Positions 18,951 to 28,805 of a DNA stretch of 64,000 nucleotides are shown here, piece by piece (position 1 is the stretch's first letter; each line of letters starts with the position of its first letter). The notes below the pieces were generated by a model. The model saw nothing but the letters and a program-made list of their open reading frames with translations. It made no database searches and had not been told where the DNA came from. The stretch is taken from NCBI GenBank assembly GCA_045863235.1, contig BTUM01000015.1, positions 1 to 64,000 of the forward strand, given 5' to 3'. The translations under genes were made by a program, and so were the position numbers. This DNA comes from Candidatus Xenobia bacterium. GTDB taxonomy: Bacteria; Vulcanimicrobiota; Xenobia; Xenobiales; QWHO01.

Positions 18951-20690
18951 ATGCATAAAGGGTCCACCACCTCACCCTGGGTTCGCCTGCTTCGCCTGAT
19001 CCGTCTTGACTTCTTCGACCTGTCGGTCCTGGTCAGCTACAACCTGGTCAGCGCACTGCTGATCCTGGCCACTCCGCTGGCTGCCCAGGCGCTCATCAAC
19101 AGCATCGCCGCCGGTATGTTCTTGCAGCCCGTAGTCGTGTTGACAGGGCTTCTCTTCCTGGGGCTGGCTCTGGCCAGCATGCTGGGAATGCTCCAGTTCG
19201 CCCTGGTCGAACTGCTCAAGCAAAGGGTGCTGGCGCGCACCACCTTGCGATTGAGCCAGCGCCTCCCCTTCGCAAGCCTGCTGACTTTCCAGCGCACCAA
19301 TCCAGCTGAGCTTCTCAACAGGTTCTTTGACGTGCTGACGCTCCAGAAGGCGGCCGCCAAGATCCTGCTCGACTGTCCCCAGGCGGTGCTTCAGGTCCTG
19401 GTGGGCCTCCTTTTGCTGGCCTTTTATCATCCCTATCTGCTGGTTTATGGAATCGCGCTGCTGGGAGGGATGCTGCTCGTCTTCCTGCTGGGCTTTGGTG
19501 GCCTCTCCAGCAGCATTCGAACCTCGGCCCGAAAATACAAGGTGGCTGGCTGGTTGGAGGAGCTGGCACGCTGCCAGCTGGCCTTCAAGATGGCCCCTGG
19601 CAGCCCGCTGGCCGAGCGCCAGGCCGACCGACTGGTAGTCGACTACATCCGCGAGCGGCGCCGGCACTTCTTCGTTCTCCTGCGACAGTGGGCCGCTCAT
19701 TACGCCGTCTACACTCTGGGCAGCGCCGGCATTCTTGGTTTAGGAGGCTGGCTGGTCATCCACCGCGGATTGACCCTTGGGCAGCTGGTGGCGGCCGAGC
19801 TGGTGGTGCTGAGCTCGCTCAAGGCCTTCGAGAAGATCGTCCACTCTTTGCCCTCGCTCTACGATCTGCTGACGGCCCTGGACAAGCTCAGCGTCATCGA
19901 GGAGCTTCCTCTCGAGCGAACCGATGGCAGAGCTGTCCCGGCAACCTTCGATGGCCCGGTGCTCGAGTGCCGGCAGGTGGCCTACCACTACGCGGAGGGG
20001 TTCTCGCTGCATGACGTCAGCTTGCGGCTCGAGCGCGGCCTCTTCATCAGCCTGGTGGGGCCCAACGGGTCCGGTAAGTCCACTTTGCTCGAGCTGATCG
20101 CAGGGTTGCTCGAGCCAAGCCAGGGACTGCTGCTGGTCCACGGAGTGGATGTGCGCGACGCCTGCCTGGCCAGCCTTCGCCGGGTCGCAGTGTTGGTGGG
20201 GCAGCCGCAAGATCTGTTCGAGGGGAGCGTCGAGGAGAACATCCTGGTGGGTCGCGAGCTCGACCAGGGTGATCTGCTCTGGGCCCTGCAGCTGACCAGG
20301 CTGGACCGCGACCTGGCGCTGACTCGCGATGGCCTCAAGACCCGCCTGGTCAGCGAAGGGCGTAACCTGTCGCGGGGAATGCGCCAGAAGATTCTGCTGG
20401 CTCGGGCGGTCGTGGGCCGCCCGGCCCTGCTGCTGCTCGATGAGGCCCTCACCTCCATCGACGAGCGCGATCGGATCGCCATCCTCCAGGCCATGGAGCC
20501 GCAGAAAAATCGCTGGACCGTGCTCAACGTCACCCACGAGCCATGGTCCATGATGGCTTCCGATCGTCTGTACGTGCTGGAGGCGGGACAGATCGCCCAG
20601 GAGGGCGGGTTCGAGGAGTTGATCAATCAGAGCGACGGCCTGCTCGCTCGACTGCACCCTGAGTTGACCGCCCGCTGGAGGGAAGACTGA
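18951..20690 (+). CDS. ABC exporter (permease plus ATPase), type I secretion-like
   Basis: TM helices, GPNGSGKST, LSRGMRQK, LLLDE. Confidence 0.9.
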   Translation: MHKGSTTSPWVRLLRLIRLDFFDLSVLVSYNLVSALLILATPLAAQALINSIAAGMFLQPVVVLTGLLFLGLALASMLGMLQFALVELLKQRVLARTTLRLSQRLPFASLLTFQRTNPAELLNRFFDVLTLQKAAAKILLDCPQAVLQVLVGLLLLAFYHPYLLVYGIALLGGMLLVFLLGFGGLSSSIRTSARKYKVAGWLEELARCQLAFKMAPGSPLAERQADRLVVDYIRERRRHFFVLLRQWAAHYAVYTLGSAGILGLGGWLVIHRGLTLGQLVAAELVVLSSLKAFEKIVHSLPSLYDLLTALDKLSVIEELPLERTDGRAVPATFDGPVLECRQVAYHYAEGFSLHDVSLRLERGLFISLVGPNGSGKSTLLELIAGLLEPSQGLLLVHGVDVRDACLASLRRVAVLVGQPQDLFEGSVEENILVGRELDQGDLLWALQLTRLDRDLALTRDGLKTRLVSEGRNLSRGMRQKILLARAVVGRPALLLLDEALTSIDERDRIAILQAMEPQKNRWTVLNVTHEPWSMMASDRLYVLEAGQIAQEGGFEELINQSDGLLARLHPELTARWRED

Positions 20691-22039
20691 TGGAGCCGTT
20701 GAGCCTGCGGATGGTCAAGACTCCTCGCCTGGGCTGCCTGCTGGCCGTGCTGCTCATGCTCTTGCTGGTTCTGGTTGTGGTCATCTTGATCTACACGCCC
20801 TGGCAGCAGTCGGTGAAGGGAGTGGGAAAGGTAACTGTCTTTCACCCCATGAGCCGCCCTCAGACGATAGAGGCTCAGATTCCGGGCCGGGTGGTCAACT
20901 GGAGGGTGCTCGAGGGCCAGTCGGTCAGAGCCGGCCAGTTGCTCCTCGAGCTCGAGGACGTTGACTCCAAGTTCCTCGACCCCGCCCAGGCGAGCCTGAT
21001 GCGAGAGCAGCGCCAGGCCCTGTTGCGTCGCCGGCAGGCGGCCGAGAGCCGCGAGCGGGCGCTGAACAGGCAACTGGAGGCCATGCTGCGCTCTCAGGAG
21101 GCTTCCCTCCCGATGGCCTCAGTGCGCAACCGGCAAACCGAGGATCGGGTGCTGGCCGCCCAGCAGTCCCTCCGGGCGGCGGCCCAGGCAAGGCAGACCG
21201 CGCAGCTGAACCTCGAGCGCCTGGAGGACCTTCATCGCCGTGGGCTGCGCTCCACTCGCGATCTTGAGCTGGCCCAACTGGAGGCTGTGCGCACGGCGAC
21301 CGAGGTGGAGCGAGCCCAGGCGGGGCTGGACGTGGCCGAGAAAGATCGCCAGGCAGCCGGTCTGGACGTGAGCAAGGTGCTGGCTGATACCTCGGCCGCC
21401 ATGGCCGGCGTGGAAGCCAACCTCAACTCGGTGCGCGAAACCATCGCCTCCATTGACAGCGACCTGCGCAAGCTGGAGATCGACCTGGGCAACCTGAAGG
21501 CTCGCAACCGGCAGCAGCGGGTGCTGGCGCCCTCGAACGGCCGGGTGGTGCGGCTTCTCAAGGTCGGCCGGGGCGAGACGGTCAAGCCCGGGGACGTGCT
21601 GGCGACGGTTGTCCCCGAGACTCGCGATCAGGCCGTGGAGCTCTTCGTGTCCCAGGACGATGCTCCGCTGGTGGCCCCCGGTCGCCCGGTGCGCCTGGTT
21701 TTCGCAGGCTTTCCGGCCCTCCAGTTCTCAGGCTGGCCCTCGGCTACGGTGGGGACCTTCGCCGGTCGGGTTGCGGTGGTCGACGCGTTGGATGATGGGA
21801 GCGGACGATACCGCCTGCTGGTGCGCCCGGATGACACTCTGATCGCCTCCGGTCGAGACGAGCCCTGGCCCGATGGGGAGATCTTGCGGGTGGGGAGCGC
21901 TGCCAGCGGTTGGGTCATGCTCGATACCGTGCCGCTTTACTACGAGTTGTGGAGACGCTGGAACGCCTTCCCCCCCAACTTCCCGAACGGTCAGAAGAGT
22001 ACCGACAAGCCCTCCGAGCCCAAGCGGAGCGCCAAGTGA
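20690..22039 (+). CDS. HlyD-family membrane fusion protein
   Basis: N-terminal TM helix, split lipoyl-like motifs (EGQSVRAGQLL, GETVKPGDVL), long coiled coil. Confidence 0.9.
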   Translation: MEPLSLRMVKTPRLGCLLAVLLMLLLVLVVVILIYTPWQQSVKGVGKVTVFHPMSRPQTIEAQIPGRVVNWRVLEGQSVRAGQLLLELEDVDSKFLDPAQASLMREQRQALLRRRQAAESRERALNRQLEAMLRSQEASLPMASVRNRQTEDRVLAAQQSLRAAAQARQTAQLNLERLEDLHRRGLRSTRDLELAQLEAVRTATEVERAQAGLDVAEKDRQAAGLDVSKVLADTSAAMAGVEANLNSVRETIASIDSDLRKLEIDLGNLKARNRQQRVLAPSNGRVVRLLKVGRGETVKPGDVLATVVPETRDQAVELFVSQDDAPLVAPGRPVRLVFAGFPALQFSGWPSATVGTFAGRVAVVDALDDGSGRYRLLVRPDDTLIASGRDEPWPDGEILRVGSAASGWVMLDTVPLYYELWRRWNAFPPNFPNGQKSTDKPSEPKRSAK

Positions 22040-23430
22040 GGAACCTGGTTCTTCTGGTGCTCCTGGTCGTGCTGCAGCTGGGCGTCGAGGCTCAGCCGCT
22101 CACCTTGCGGGACCTGCTCGAGCAGGTCGAGGCCCACCACCCGGTACTGCGCCAGGCCGACCTGGCGCTCGAGATGGCCCGTGCCAGGGTGACCGAGAAG
22201 GAAGGCGCTTTTGACCCGACCCTGGCCCTGAGTAGCGGCTATCAACGCTACAACAGCTCCAGCGACCCCGGCAAGGCCAAGGAGGCCTTCACCAACGGCA
22301 TGGAGGTCGCCTGGACCACGCCTTCAGGCATCAAGCTGGGAGCCGGGATGGACCTCAACCGGGGGGACGTGAAGTCTCCGGCCAGTCTGACCGGAGAGGG
22401 CGGGACCTACTTTCTGGAGGCCAAGATCCCCCTGATTCAAGGCTTCGAGATCAACGAAAAGTCCATCGCCTGGCAACAGGCCATGCTTGGCCTTCCTCTG
22501 GCCGAGGCCGACCGCGAGCTGGTGCGTCTGGGCCTCTTGCGCTCGGCCGGAGAGTCTTACTGGGACTGGGCCAGCGCCTGGCAGATGGTGGATGTCAATC
22601 AGCGCTTGCTCGACCTGGCCGACGAGCGCCTGGCGGTCGTCCGCCAGCGGGTGGAGGCGGGGGACCTCGCCCCCATCGACGTGGCTGAGACCGAGCAGGA
22701 GCTCGAGCGTCGGCGCGGCCTGCTGACACGCTTTCAGCGCCTGAGCGAGAGCACCAGCTTGAAGCTGGCCTTCTTCCTCTGGCAGAACGAGAAGCCGCCC
22801 GGGCGCGAGCAGGCCCCGCCGCAACTGGACGCCCCGCGCCCGCTTTCCCTTCAGGAGGAGGCCCGGGCCCGGGAAGACGCCATGCAGCTCCGGCCTGAGT
22901 TTCGAGGCCTGAAGGTGCAGCGCGAGATCGTCTGGCTGGACGAGCGACTGGCTGAGAACAACCAGCGTCCAGCTCTCAACGTGATCGTCAGTCCGGGCCT
23001 GGACGTGGGCAATCAGGGGGTCGGGCCCGTCTTCAAGGGAGGATTGGAGCTGGTCATTCCCCTTCAGACCCGGGAAGCGGACGGCAAGCTGGCGCTGGCC
23101 CGACTCAAGATCCAGGACCTCGATCTCAAAACCCTGCTGCAGACCCGCAAAGTCCTGCTGGAGGTGGAGGATGCTCTGTCGGCAGTCAGGGCTGCCTATC
23201 AACGATTTCTGGCCGCCGAGCGAGAGCTCGAGCTGGCTCGCCAGGTCGAGGAGGGAGAACGCTATCGGTTCTCCATGGGTGACAGCACCGTCTTTCTCGT
23301 GAACCAGCGCGAGCGCGCCACCGCCGAGGCCGAGCTGCGTCGCCTGGAGGTACAGGGCGAGTATCTCAAAGCCCTGGTGGGACTGGATGCGTCCTCCGGA
23401 AGGTTGGGAGAGCAGGAACCTGCTCGCTGA
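22036..23430 (+). CDS. TolC-family outer membrane efflux protein
   Basis: Signal peptide; GAFDP.L, GDLAPID and GDSTVFLVNQRE motifs; GTGA coupling to hlyD. Confidence 0.88.
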   Translation: MRNLVLLVLLVVLQLGVEAQPLTLRDLLEQVEAHHPVLRQADLALEMARARVTEKEGAFDPTLALSSGYQRYNSSSDPGKAKEAFTNGMEVAWTTPSGIKLGAGMDLNRGDVKSPASLTGEGGTYFLEAKIPLIQGFEINEKSIAWQQAMLGLPLAEADRELVRLGLLRSAGESYWDWASAWQMVDVNQRLLDLADERLAVVRQRVEAGDLAPIDVAETEQELERRRGLLTRFQRLSESTSLKLAFFLWQNEKPPGREQAPPQLDAPRPLSLQEEARAREDAMQLRPEFRGLKVQREIVWLDERLAENNQRPALNVIVSPGLDVGNQGVGPVFKGGLELVIPLQTREADGKLALARLKIQDLDLKTLLQTRKVLLEVEDALSAVRAAYQRFLAAERELELARQVEEGERYRFSMGDSTVFLVNQRERATAEAELRRLEVQGEYLKALVGLDASSGRLGEQEPAR

Positions 23431-23498
23431 GAGGCTGATGCTCGGCCATCTCTGCCAGGCAGCAGGACTCCCCTACCGGGAGAGAAACTCGCTGCTAG

Positions 23499-23750
23499 AT
23501 GAAACGTGTCTTGCTGGTCTTGCTGCTCTGCTCGACCTGGATTGCGGGCTGGGCGGTTGCCGAGGTGGAGCCCCCCGATTGCCAACGGCACGGATTTGCC
23601 CGTTCCCAGCAGCAGGTTCAGGTCGCGCGAAAGCGCCTGGAGCTCCACCGCGCCGAATGCAATTTCCCGAGCTTATCGCCGATGGCTGTCCCCTTCCCTC
23701 CCGAGCTCGAGCGGTACACCTTGACCGCACCGCGGGCTCCGCCCATCTGA
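23499..23750 (+). CDS. putative ribosome-arrest leader peptide (signal peptide plus C-terminal RAPP)
   Basis: MKRVLLVLLLC...AVA signal peptide; ends PRAPPI-stop 36 nt before the next gene. Confidence 0.7.
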   Translation: MKRVLLVLLLCSTWIAGWAVAEVEPPDCQRHGFARSQQQVQVARKRLELHRAECNFPSLSPMAVPFPPELERYTLTAPRAPPI

Positions 23751-23786
23751 CCCGGCCCAGACGACAATCTTACCGGGAACGGTCCG

Positions 23787-25067
23787 ATGACGTATCTTCT
23801 CATTGCGCTCATGATCGCGCTCAACGCGCTTTATGTGGCTGCCGAGTTTGCCACGGTGGCGGCTCGAACGTTCCGGCTCGAGGCCATGGCTGCCGCCGGC
23901 AACAAGCGAGCCGCCCGACTCCTGCCCTATCTGGCTGACGTCCGATCGCTGGACCGCTACGTGGCTGCCTGCCAGATCGGCATCACCGCTTCCAGCCTGC
24001 TTCTGGGCGCGTTCGGTCAGGGGTCCTTGACCGCTGCCATGCACCGTCTGCTCTCTGGTCTGGGCTTGGAGGGAAAGGTGCTGGAGACGCTGGCGGCCGG
24101 GTTGGTGCTGCTGGGGTTGACAGGACTGCAAGTCGTCTTCGGTGAGTTGGTGCCCAAGGCGGTGGCCTTGCGCTTTCCCGAGTCGGTTGCCCTGGCTCTG
24201 ACCTGGCCCATGATCGCGTCACTCTGGCTTTATGCCTGGTTCATCAAAGTGCTCAACGGCACCGGAGAATTCATCCTCCGGTGGCTGGGAGTGGCCGCCC
24301 AGGGCCACCGCCATGTGCACTCGCCGGAAGAGCTCGAGCGCATGCTGGCTCACGGCGTGCGGGCTGGCACCCTGGAGCGAGGCGAGCATGACCGTCTGCG
24401 AAGAGTGTTTCACTTCAGCGAACGCACGCTCAGCGAGGTCATGGTTCCGCGCACACGCATCCAGGGCCTTGCCCTGGACAGCGACTGGGCCACTGTGGAC
24501 GAGATACTCTCCAGGAACGGCTACTCTCGTTATCCGATCTATGAGCGCGACCTGGATCACATCAAGGGCCTGGTGCACGTGAAGGACCTGGCCCTGTTAC
24601 CCCGCGAGCGTCCCCCGGACCTGCTGCGCGCGGCGCGCACCATCCAGATTCTTCCTGGCACTCTTGGATTGACCGTGGCCCTGGAGAGGTTGCGCCGGGC
24701 CCAGGCCCAGATGGCAGTCGTGCTGGATGAGTTCGGCGGCACTGAGGGGCTGGTCACCATGGAAGACCTGGTCGAGGAGGTGGTGGGGGAGATTCACGAC
24801 GAGTCCGACCCTGCCCGGCCCGCCAGGGAGCCCCTGGCGGACGGAGCCAGCCTCATGCGGGGCGAGCTACTGCTCGAGGACCTGGCCCAGGAGCTTGGCC
24901 TGCCCTCCGAGTTGCCCGCGGTCAATACGCTGGGAGGCCTGGTGATGCACCTGCTGGGGCGTCGTCCCGAGGTGGGTGACCGAGTGGAGCTCGAGGGCCT
25001 GGAGTTGACCGTGCGCGAGACGCGCGGAGCCCGCATCGTGCGTGTGGAGGTGCGCTGTCGTGTTTGA
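23787..25067 (+). CDS. hemolysin-family CNNM(DUF21)-CBS-CorC protein
   Basis: VAAEFA, QIGIT, GELVPK, VMVPR, YSRYP and DEFGG.EGLVTMED motifs. Confidence 0.92.
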   Translation: MTYLLIALMIALNALYVAAEFATVAARTFRLEAMAAAGNKRAARLLPYLADVRSLDRYVAACQIGITASSLLLGAFGQGSLTAAMHRLLSGLGLEGKVLETLAAGLVLLGLTGLQVVFGELVPKAVALRFPESVALALTWPMIASLWLYAWFIKVLNGTGEFILRWLGVAAQGHRHVHSPEELERMLAHGVRAGTLERGEHDRLRRVFHFSERTLSEVMVPRTRIQGLALDSDWATVDEILSRNGYSRYPIYERDLDHIKGLVHVKDLALLPRERPPDLLRAARTIQILPGTLGLTVALERLRRAQAQMAVVLDEFGGTEGLVTMEDLVEEVVGEIHDESDPARPAREPLADGASLMRGELLLEDLAQELGLPSELPAVNTLGGLVMHLLGRRPEVGDRVELEGLELTVRETRGARIVRVEVRCRV

Positions 25068-26336
25068 GGCCCTTCTCGTCACCGCGGTCTGCACTCTTCT
25101 CATCGTGTTGAACGGGGTGTTCGTGGCAGCCGAGTTCTCCATCATCTCGGTTCCCCGCACTCTGCTCGAGCAGGAGGCCGAGGCGGGCAAGTCCTGGGCC
25201 CACCGCCTCTTGAGCATTGTCTCAAATACCGCCAGCCAGGACCGCTTCATTGCCATCGCTCAGGTGGGCATCACCCTGGCCAGCCTGGGGCTGGGCATGT
25301 ATGGCGAGCACTCCCTGGCGACCGGGCTTCTTCCTTCCTGAACGGCCTGGGAGGGATGGGGGAAGGGGCAGCTCATACCCTGGCCACCCTGCTGGCTCTG
25401 GCCTTCTTGACCTTCTGGCACATCGTGGTGGGGGAGATGGTGCCCAAGAGTCTGGCCCTGCATTATCCAGTGGCTACTGCCACCGGGTTGGCCGTCCCGA
25501 TGCGTCTGTGCGGCACCTTGCTCGCGCCTCTGGTCTTCGTTCTCAACCAGCTGGGCAATCTGGTGCTGCGCCTCCTGCGTCTGCCCATCTCTCTGGACAC
25601 GGCCCTGGTCTACTCGGCCGAGGAGATGCGCCTGGTCTTCGATGAGAGCCACGACGGAGGGATGCTCGACGACCAGGAGCACTGGCTCCTGCGGCGTGTG
25701 CTCGCCTGGGGACAAAAACGGGTCGAGCAGGTCATGGTGCCATGGGAGCAGGTTCAGACGCTCTCGCCTGACCTCACCCGCGAAGAGGTGACTCGGGTGG
25801 CCCGCCAGGAGCAGTATTCGCGCTATCCCGCGCTGCAGGACGGCAGGGTGGTCGGGGTGCTGCTGCTCAAAGACCTCGTGCGCAAGCCGGCAGTGACCCC
25901 TCGGGAGGTGCTTCGCGTCCCTCTGACCCTGCCTCCTGATCAGCCACTGGATGAAGCATTCGAGCGACTGCGTGAAGCTCGCACCTACCTGGCGGTCGTG
26001 CAGGATTCCGAGGGGCGGCCCCTTGGCCTGCTGACCATCGAGGACCTGCTCGAGGAGCTGTTCGGCGAGCTGCAAGATGAGTTCGATACCGACGAGCGCC
26101 TGCAGCTCGAGCCTCGATCCGACGGCTGGAGCGTGGCCGGCAACCTGGCCAGAGTGGACCTGGCCCAGATTGGTCCGGTTCCGACTTCCGAGGCGGCGAC
26201 CGTCGATCAGTGGATCCGCGAGCTTCTGGGCCGCCCGCCCCGCGTGGGGGACAGGGTGGAGCAGGACGGCCTGAGCGCGGAGGTGGAGCAAGTGGTCGAT
26301 CAGAAGGTTGCGCGGGCTCTAATTCGACCGGGCTGA
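25060..26336 (+). pseudogene. second CNNM-CBS-CorC gene, frameshifted near 25330-25340
   Basis: 5' part (VAAEFS, QVGIT) stops at 25341; the remainder (GEMVPK, YSRYP) continues in the -1 frame; adding one base in CTTCTTCCTTCC restores the ORF. Confidence 0.8.
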
Positions 26337-26341
26337 GTCGC

Positions 26342-26692
26342 TCACACAAAGCGCTCCAATCCCAACCAGCGGGTGGCGAAAAGATGGGCGGCCAGCTCGC
26401 CGTCCGAGCCTGGATCGAGCCAGTGGAAGAGCTCGTGAGCCACCACCAGCTCGCTCGGCAGCTCGCTGGGATAGACCAGAATGCGCTGCCCCTCCAGGCG
26501 CCCGTAGAACCGCGTCGAGCCGATCGAAAGGGGTTCCTTGCACTGCTCGACGGTCAATCCATTCTGGTCTGCAAACTCGAACGGTCTGGTCTCTCCCACC
26601 CGGGCCAGCGCCTGCTCGACTCGCCGCTGGGCCCTTTGCCAGCGCTGCTCGGTCAGGGCGCAACCCAGCCAGCGCTCGGCCTCCTCACGCAC
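26342..26692 (-). CDS. small protein with an HExxH motif
   Basis: VAHELFH...ELAAHLFA; overlaps the hydantoinase stop. Confidence 0.65.
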   Translation of the reverse strand: MREEAERWLGCALTEQRWQRAQRRVEQALARVGETRPFEFADQNGLTVEQCKEPLSIGSTRFYGRLEGQRILVYPSELPSELVVAHELFHWLDPGSDGELAAHLFATRWLGLERFV

Positions 26693-28805
26693 GCGGGTGG
26701 ACCAGGAAGTAGACCGGCTCCTCAGCCCCCAGGTTGCCCAGCTCCTGGCGGGCCAGCGAAAGCATCTGCTCGGCCGTGTTGAGCGAGGTCAGGTCCACCA
26801 CCTTGCGACCCGCCAGGATGGATACCGGCGGAACCAGCGCCCCCGCATCGCCGTAAGCGGTGTGGCGCTGCAACACTCCCTGCAGGCCCGTCTCGAGCCC
26901 GCTGCCGCGTCCTTCCTGCACCACTCCGCCGGGCACCTGCAGCTTCACGTTGCCCTTGCCGTCGGTGATCCAGAGGGTGCTCTTCTTGCGCTTGAGCAGG
27001 TTGAACAGCACTTTCTCGGTGCGGGTGCTCTCGTAGAGATAGAAGAAGTCGGTCTGCCCCAACTGGCGATAGTCGTCCTCGCGCTGGGAGGCTTCCTTGA
27101 GGGTCTTCAAGCGCTCTTCCTCGCTGACCGACTGCTGCAACAGGTCCTGGGCCACGAACTCCACCGAGCCGGTGGCGGTGGCCCGGACCAGGTTCTTCTG
27201 GGCGTCGACCTCCACTGTGACCTCGATGGTGGCCGGGTCGGCTCCCATGCGGGCCACCGCTTTCTCGGCCTCGGCCCGCAAGGCCGCCAGGTCGGCCTGG
27301 GTGGGGTTGAGGATGTTCTTCTCGATGGTTTCCTTGACCATGGCCAGGGCCGCGCCGATGGCCGAGATTACCTCGGCCCGGCGGGCGATCTCGAACGGCA
27401 AGCCCATCTTCTCGGCCACGAAGGGCACGATGGCGCCCGCTCCGCCACCGCCCCCGATCAGCTTGACGGCCCGGTCCTTCATCTTGTAGTCGTCGAGCAG
27501 CTGGTGCAGGGTCGGCATCACCTTGGCGGCGGCGCGCTCGAGCACCTGACGGGCCACCTCCTCGCTCGTGGTGCCCAGATGAGTCGCCAGGGCCGCGAAG
27601 GCGGCCTGCACCGACTCGAGGTGGCCGTAACTGTAGTCGCCCGGCTTGATGTAGCCCAGCAGGTTGGCGGCGCAGGTGGTGGTGACCGCCGCCCGGGTGC
27701 CGCCGGGTCCCTCCACCACCAGGTAGGAAGGATCGCCCGGGAGGGGCGTGACCTCGACCACCTTCAGGGGGCTGCCCAATTCGTCGGGGGGCACGAAGGT
27801 GGCATACTTGAAGCCGGCCAGGTGGGCGCTGCGCGGGCCCACGTCGGACTTGCTCACCATCGAGCCGCCCGCGATGCCCAGCGTGCGGCTGTCCAGGGTC
27901 TTGAGGTAGGTGGGGTGGCCTCCGAGTTGGGCCGAGCGCTGGGCGGCTCGACCGTCCTTGACCAGGCAGATGTCGGTGGAGGTGCCCCCCACCTCGAGGA
28001 AGAGGGCGTCGGTGGCCCGCAGGAAGATGAGGGCGGCCGCGATGCCTGCTGCCGGGCCGCTCAGCAGGGTCATCACCGGGCGCCGGCGCACCTCGTCCAG
28101 GCTCATCACGCCGCCGTCCGAGCGCATCACCATCAAGGGGGCGGTCACGTTCAGCGAGCGCAGGCTCGAGCCGGTCATTTCGGCGGTCTGGATCATGCGC
28201 GGCAAGATGGAGGCGTTCAGCACCGCCGTGCGGGTGCGCACGCGCAGGCCGTAGAGCCCGCTCATCTCGTGGGTGCCGCAGGCCGGCAGGCCGGCTTTTG
28301 CGGCGGCCGCCATGACCGCCAGCTCGCCGCTGGGGTCGTCCACCGAGAAGCCCTCGGCGGCCACCACGGCGCAGTCCTTGAGGCTCTGCATGAGCTTCTC
28401 CAGGGTCTCGCCGAAGTTGGGCTCCTTGGGGTTGAGGAACTCGAGTCGGCTGGTAAGGTGCTTGCCGGGGGCGAGCTCGAGCGAGCCAACCTCCATGTCT
28501 CCCTTCGCCTTCATGCCTTCCAGGCCGCTGCCCAGGCCCACGGTCACCACGGGAGCCACGTCCCCCTCGAGCATGGCGTTGGTGGCCTGGGTGGTGGAGT
28601 GGGCCAGGAAGACCACGCGGGCGTCCGGGGGCAGGCTCTGGCCCAGTTTGGTGTAGACGTCGATGATGCCCCGCGCCACGCCCTCGGCAGCGCTGTGGGT
28701 GGTCGGGTGGACGGCGTGGGCGATCACTTCCAGGCTGGCGTTGTCGATCGCCACGGCGTGAGTGAAGGTGCCGCCTACGTCGATGCCGACCCGGATGGCG
28801 CTCAT
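26685..28805 (-). CDS. hydantoinase/oxoprolinase family protein
   Basis: GIDVGGTFT, HSTTQATNA, SGPAAG and EVGGTSTDI motifs. Confidence 0.92.
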   Translation of the reverse strand: MSAIRVGIDVGGTFTHAVAIDNASLEVIAHAVHPTTHSAAEGVARGIIDVYTKLGQSLPPDARVVFLAHSTTQATNAMLEGDVAPVVTVGLGSGLEGMKAKGDMEVGSLELAPGKHLTSRLEFLNPKEPNFGETLEKLMQSLKDCAVVAAEGFSVDDPSGELAVMAAAAKAGLPACGTHEMSGLYGLRVRTRTAVLNASILPRMIQTAEMTGSSLRSLNVTAPLMVMRSDGGVMSLDEVRRRPVMTLLSGPAAGIAAALIFLRATDALFLEVGGTSTDICLVKDGRAAQRSAQLGGHPTYLKTLDSRTLGIAGGSMVSKSDVGPRSAHLAGFKYATFVPPDELGSPLKVVEVTPLPGDPSYLVVEGPGGTRAAVTTTCAANLLGYIKPGDYSYGHLESVQAAFAALATHLGTTSEEVARQVLERAAAKVMPTLHQLLDDYKMKDRAVKLIGGGGGAGAIVPFVAEKMGLPFEIARRAEVISAIGAALAMVKETIEKNILNPTQADLAALRAEAEKAVARMGADPATIEVTVEVDAQKNLVRATATGSVEFVAQDLLQQSVSEEERLKTLKEASQREDDYRQLGQTDFFYLYESTRTEKVLFNLLKRKKSTLWITDGKGNVKLQVPGGVVQEGRGSGLETGLQGVLQRHTAYGDAGALVPPVSILAGRKVVDLTSLNTAEQMLSLARQELGNLGAEEPVYFLVHPRA

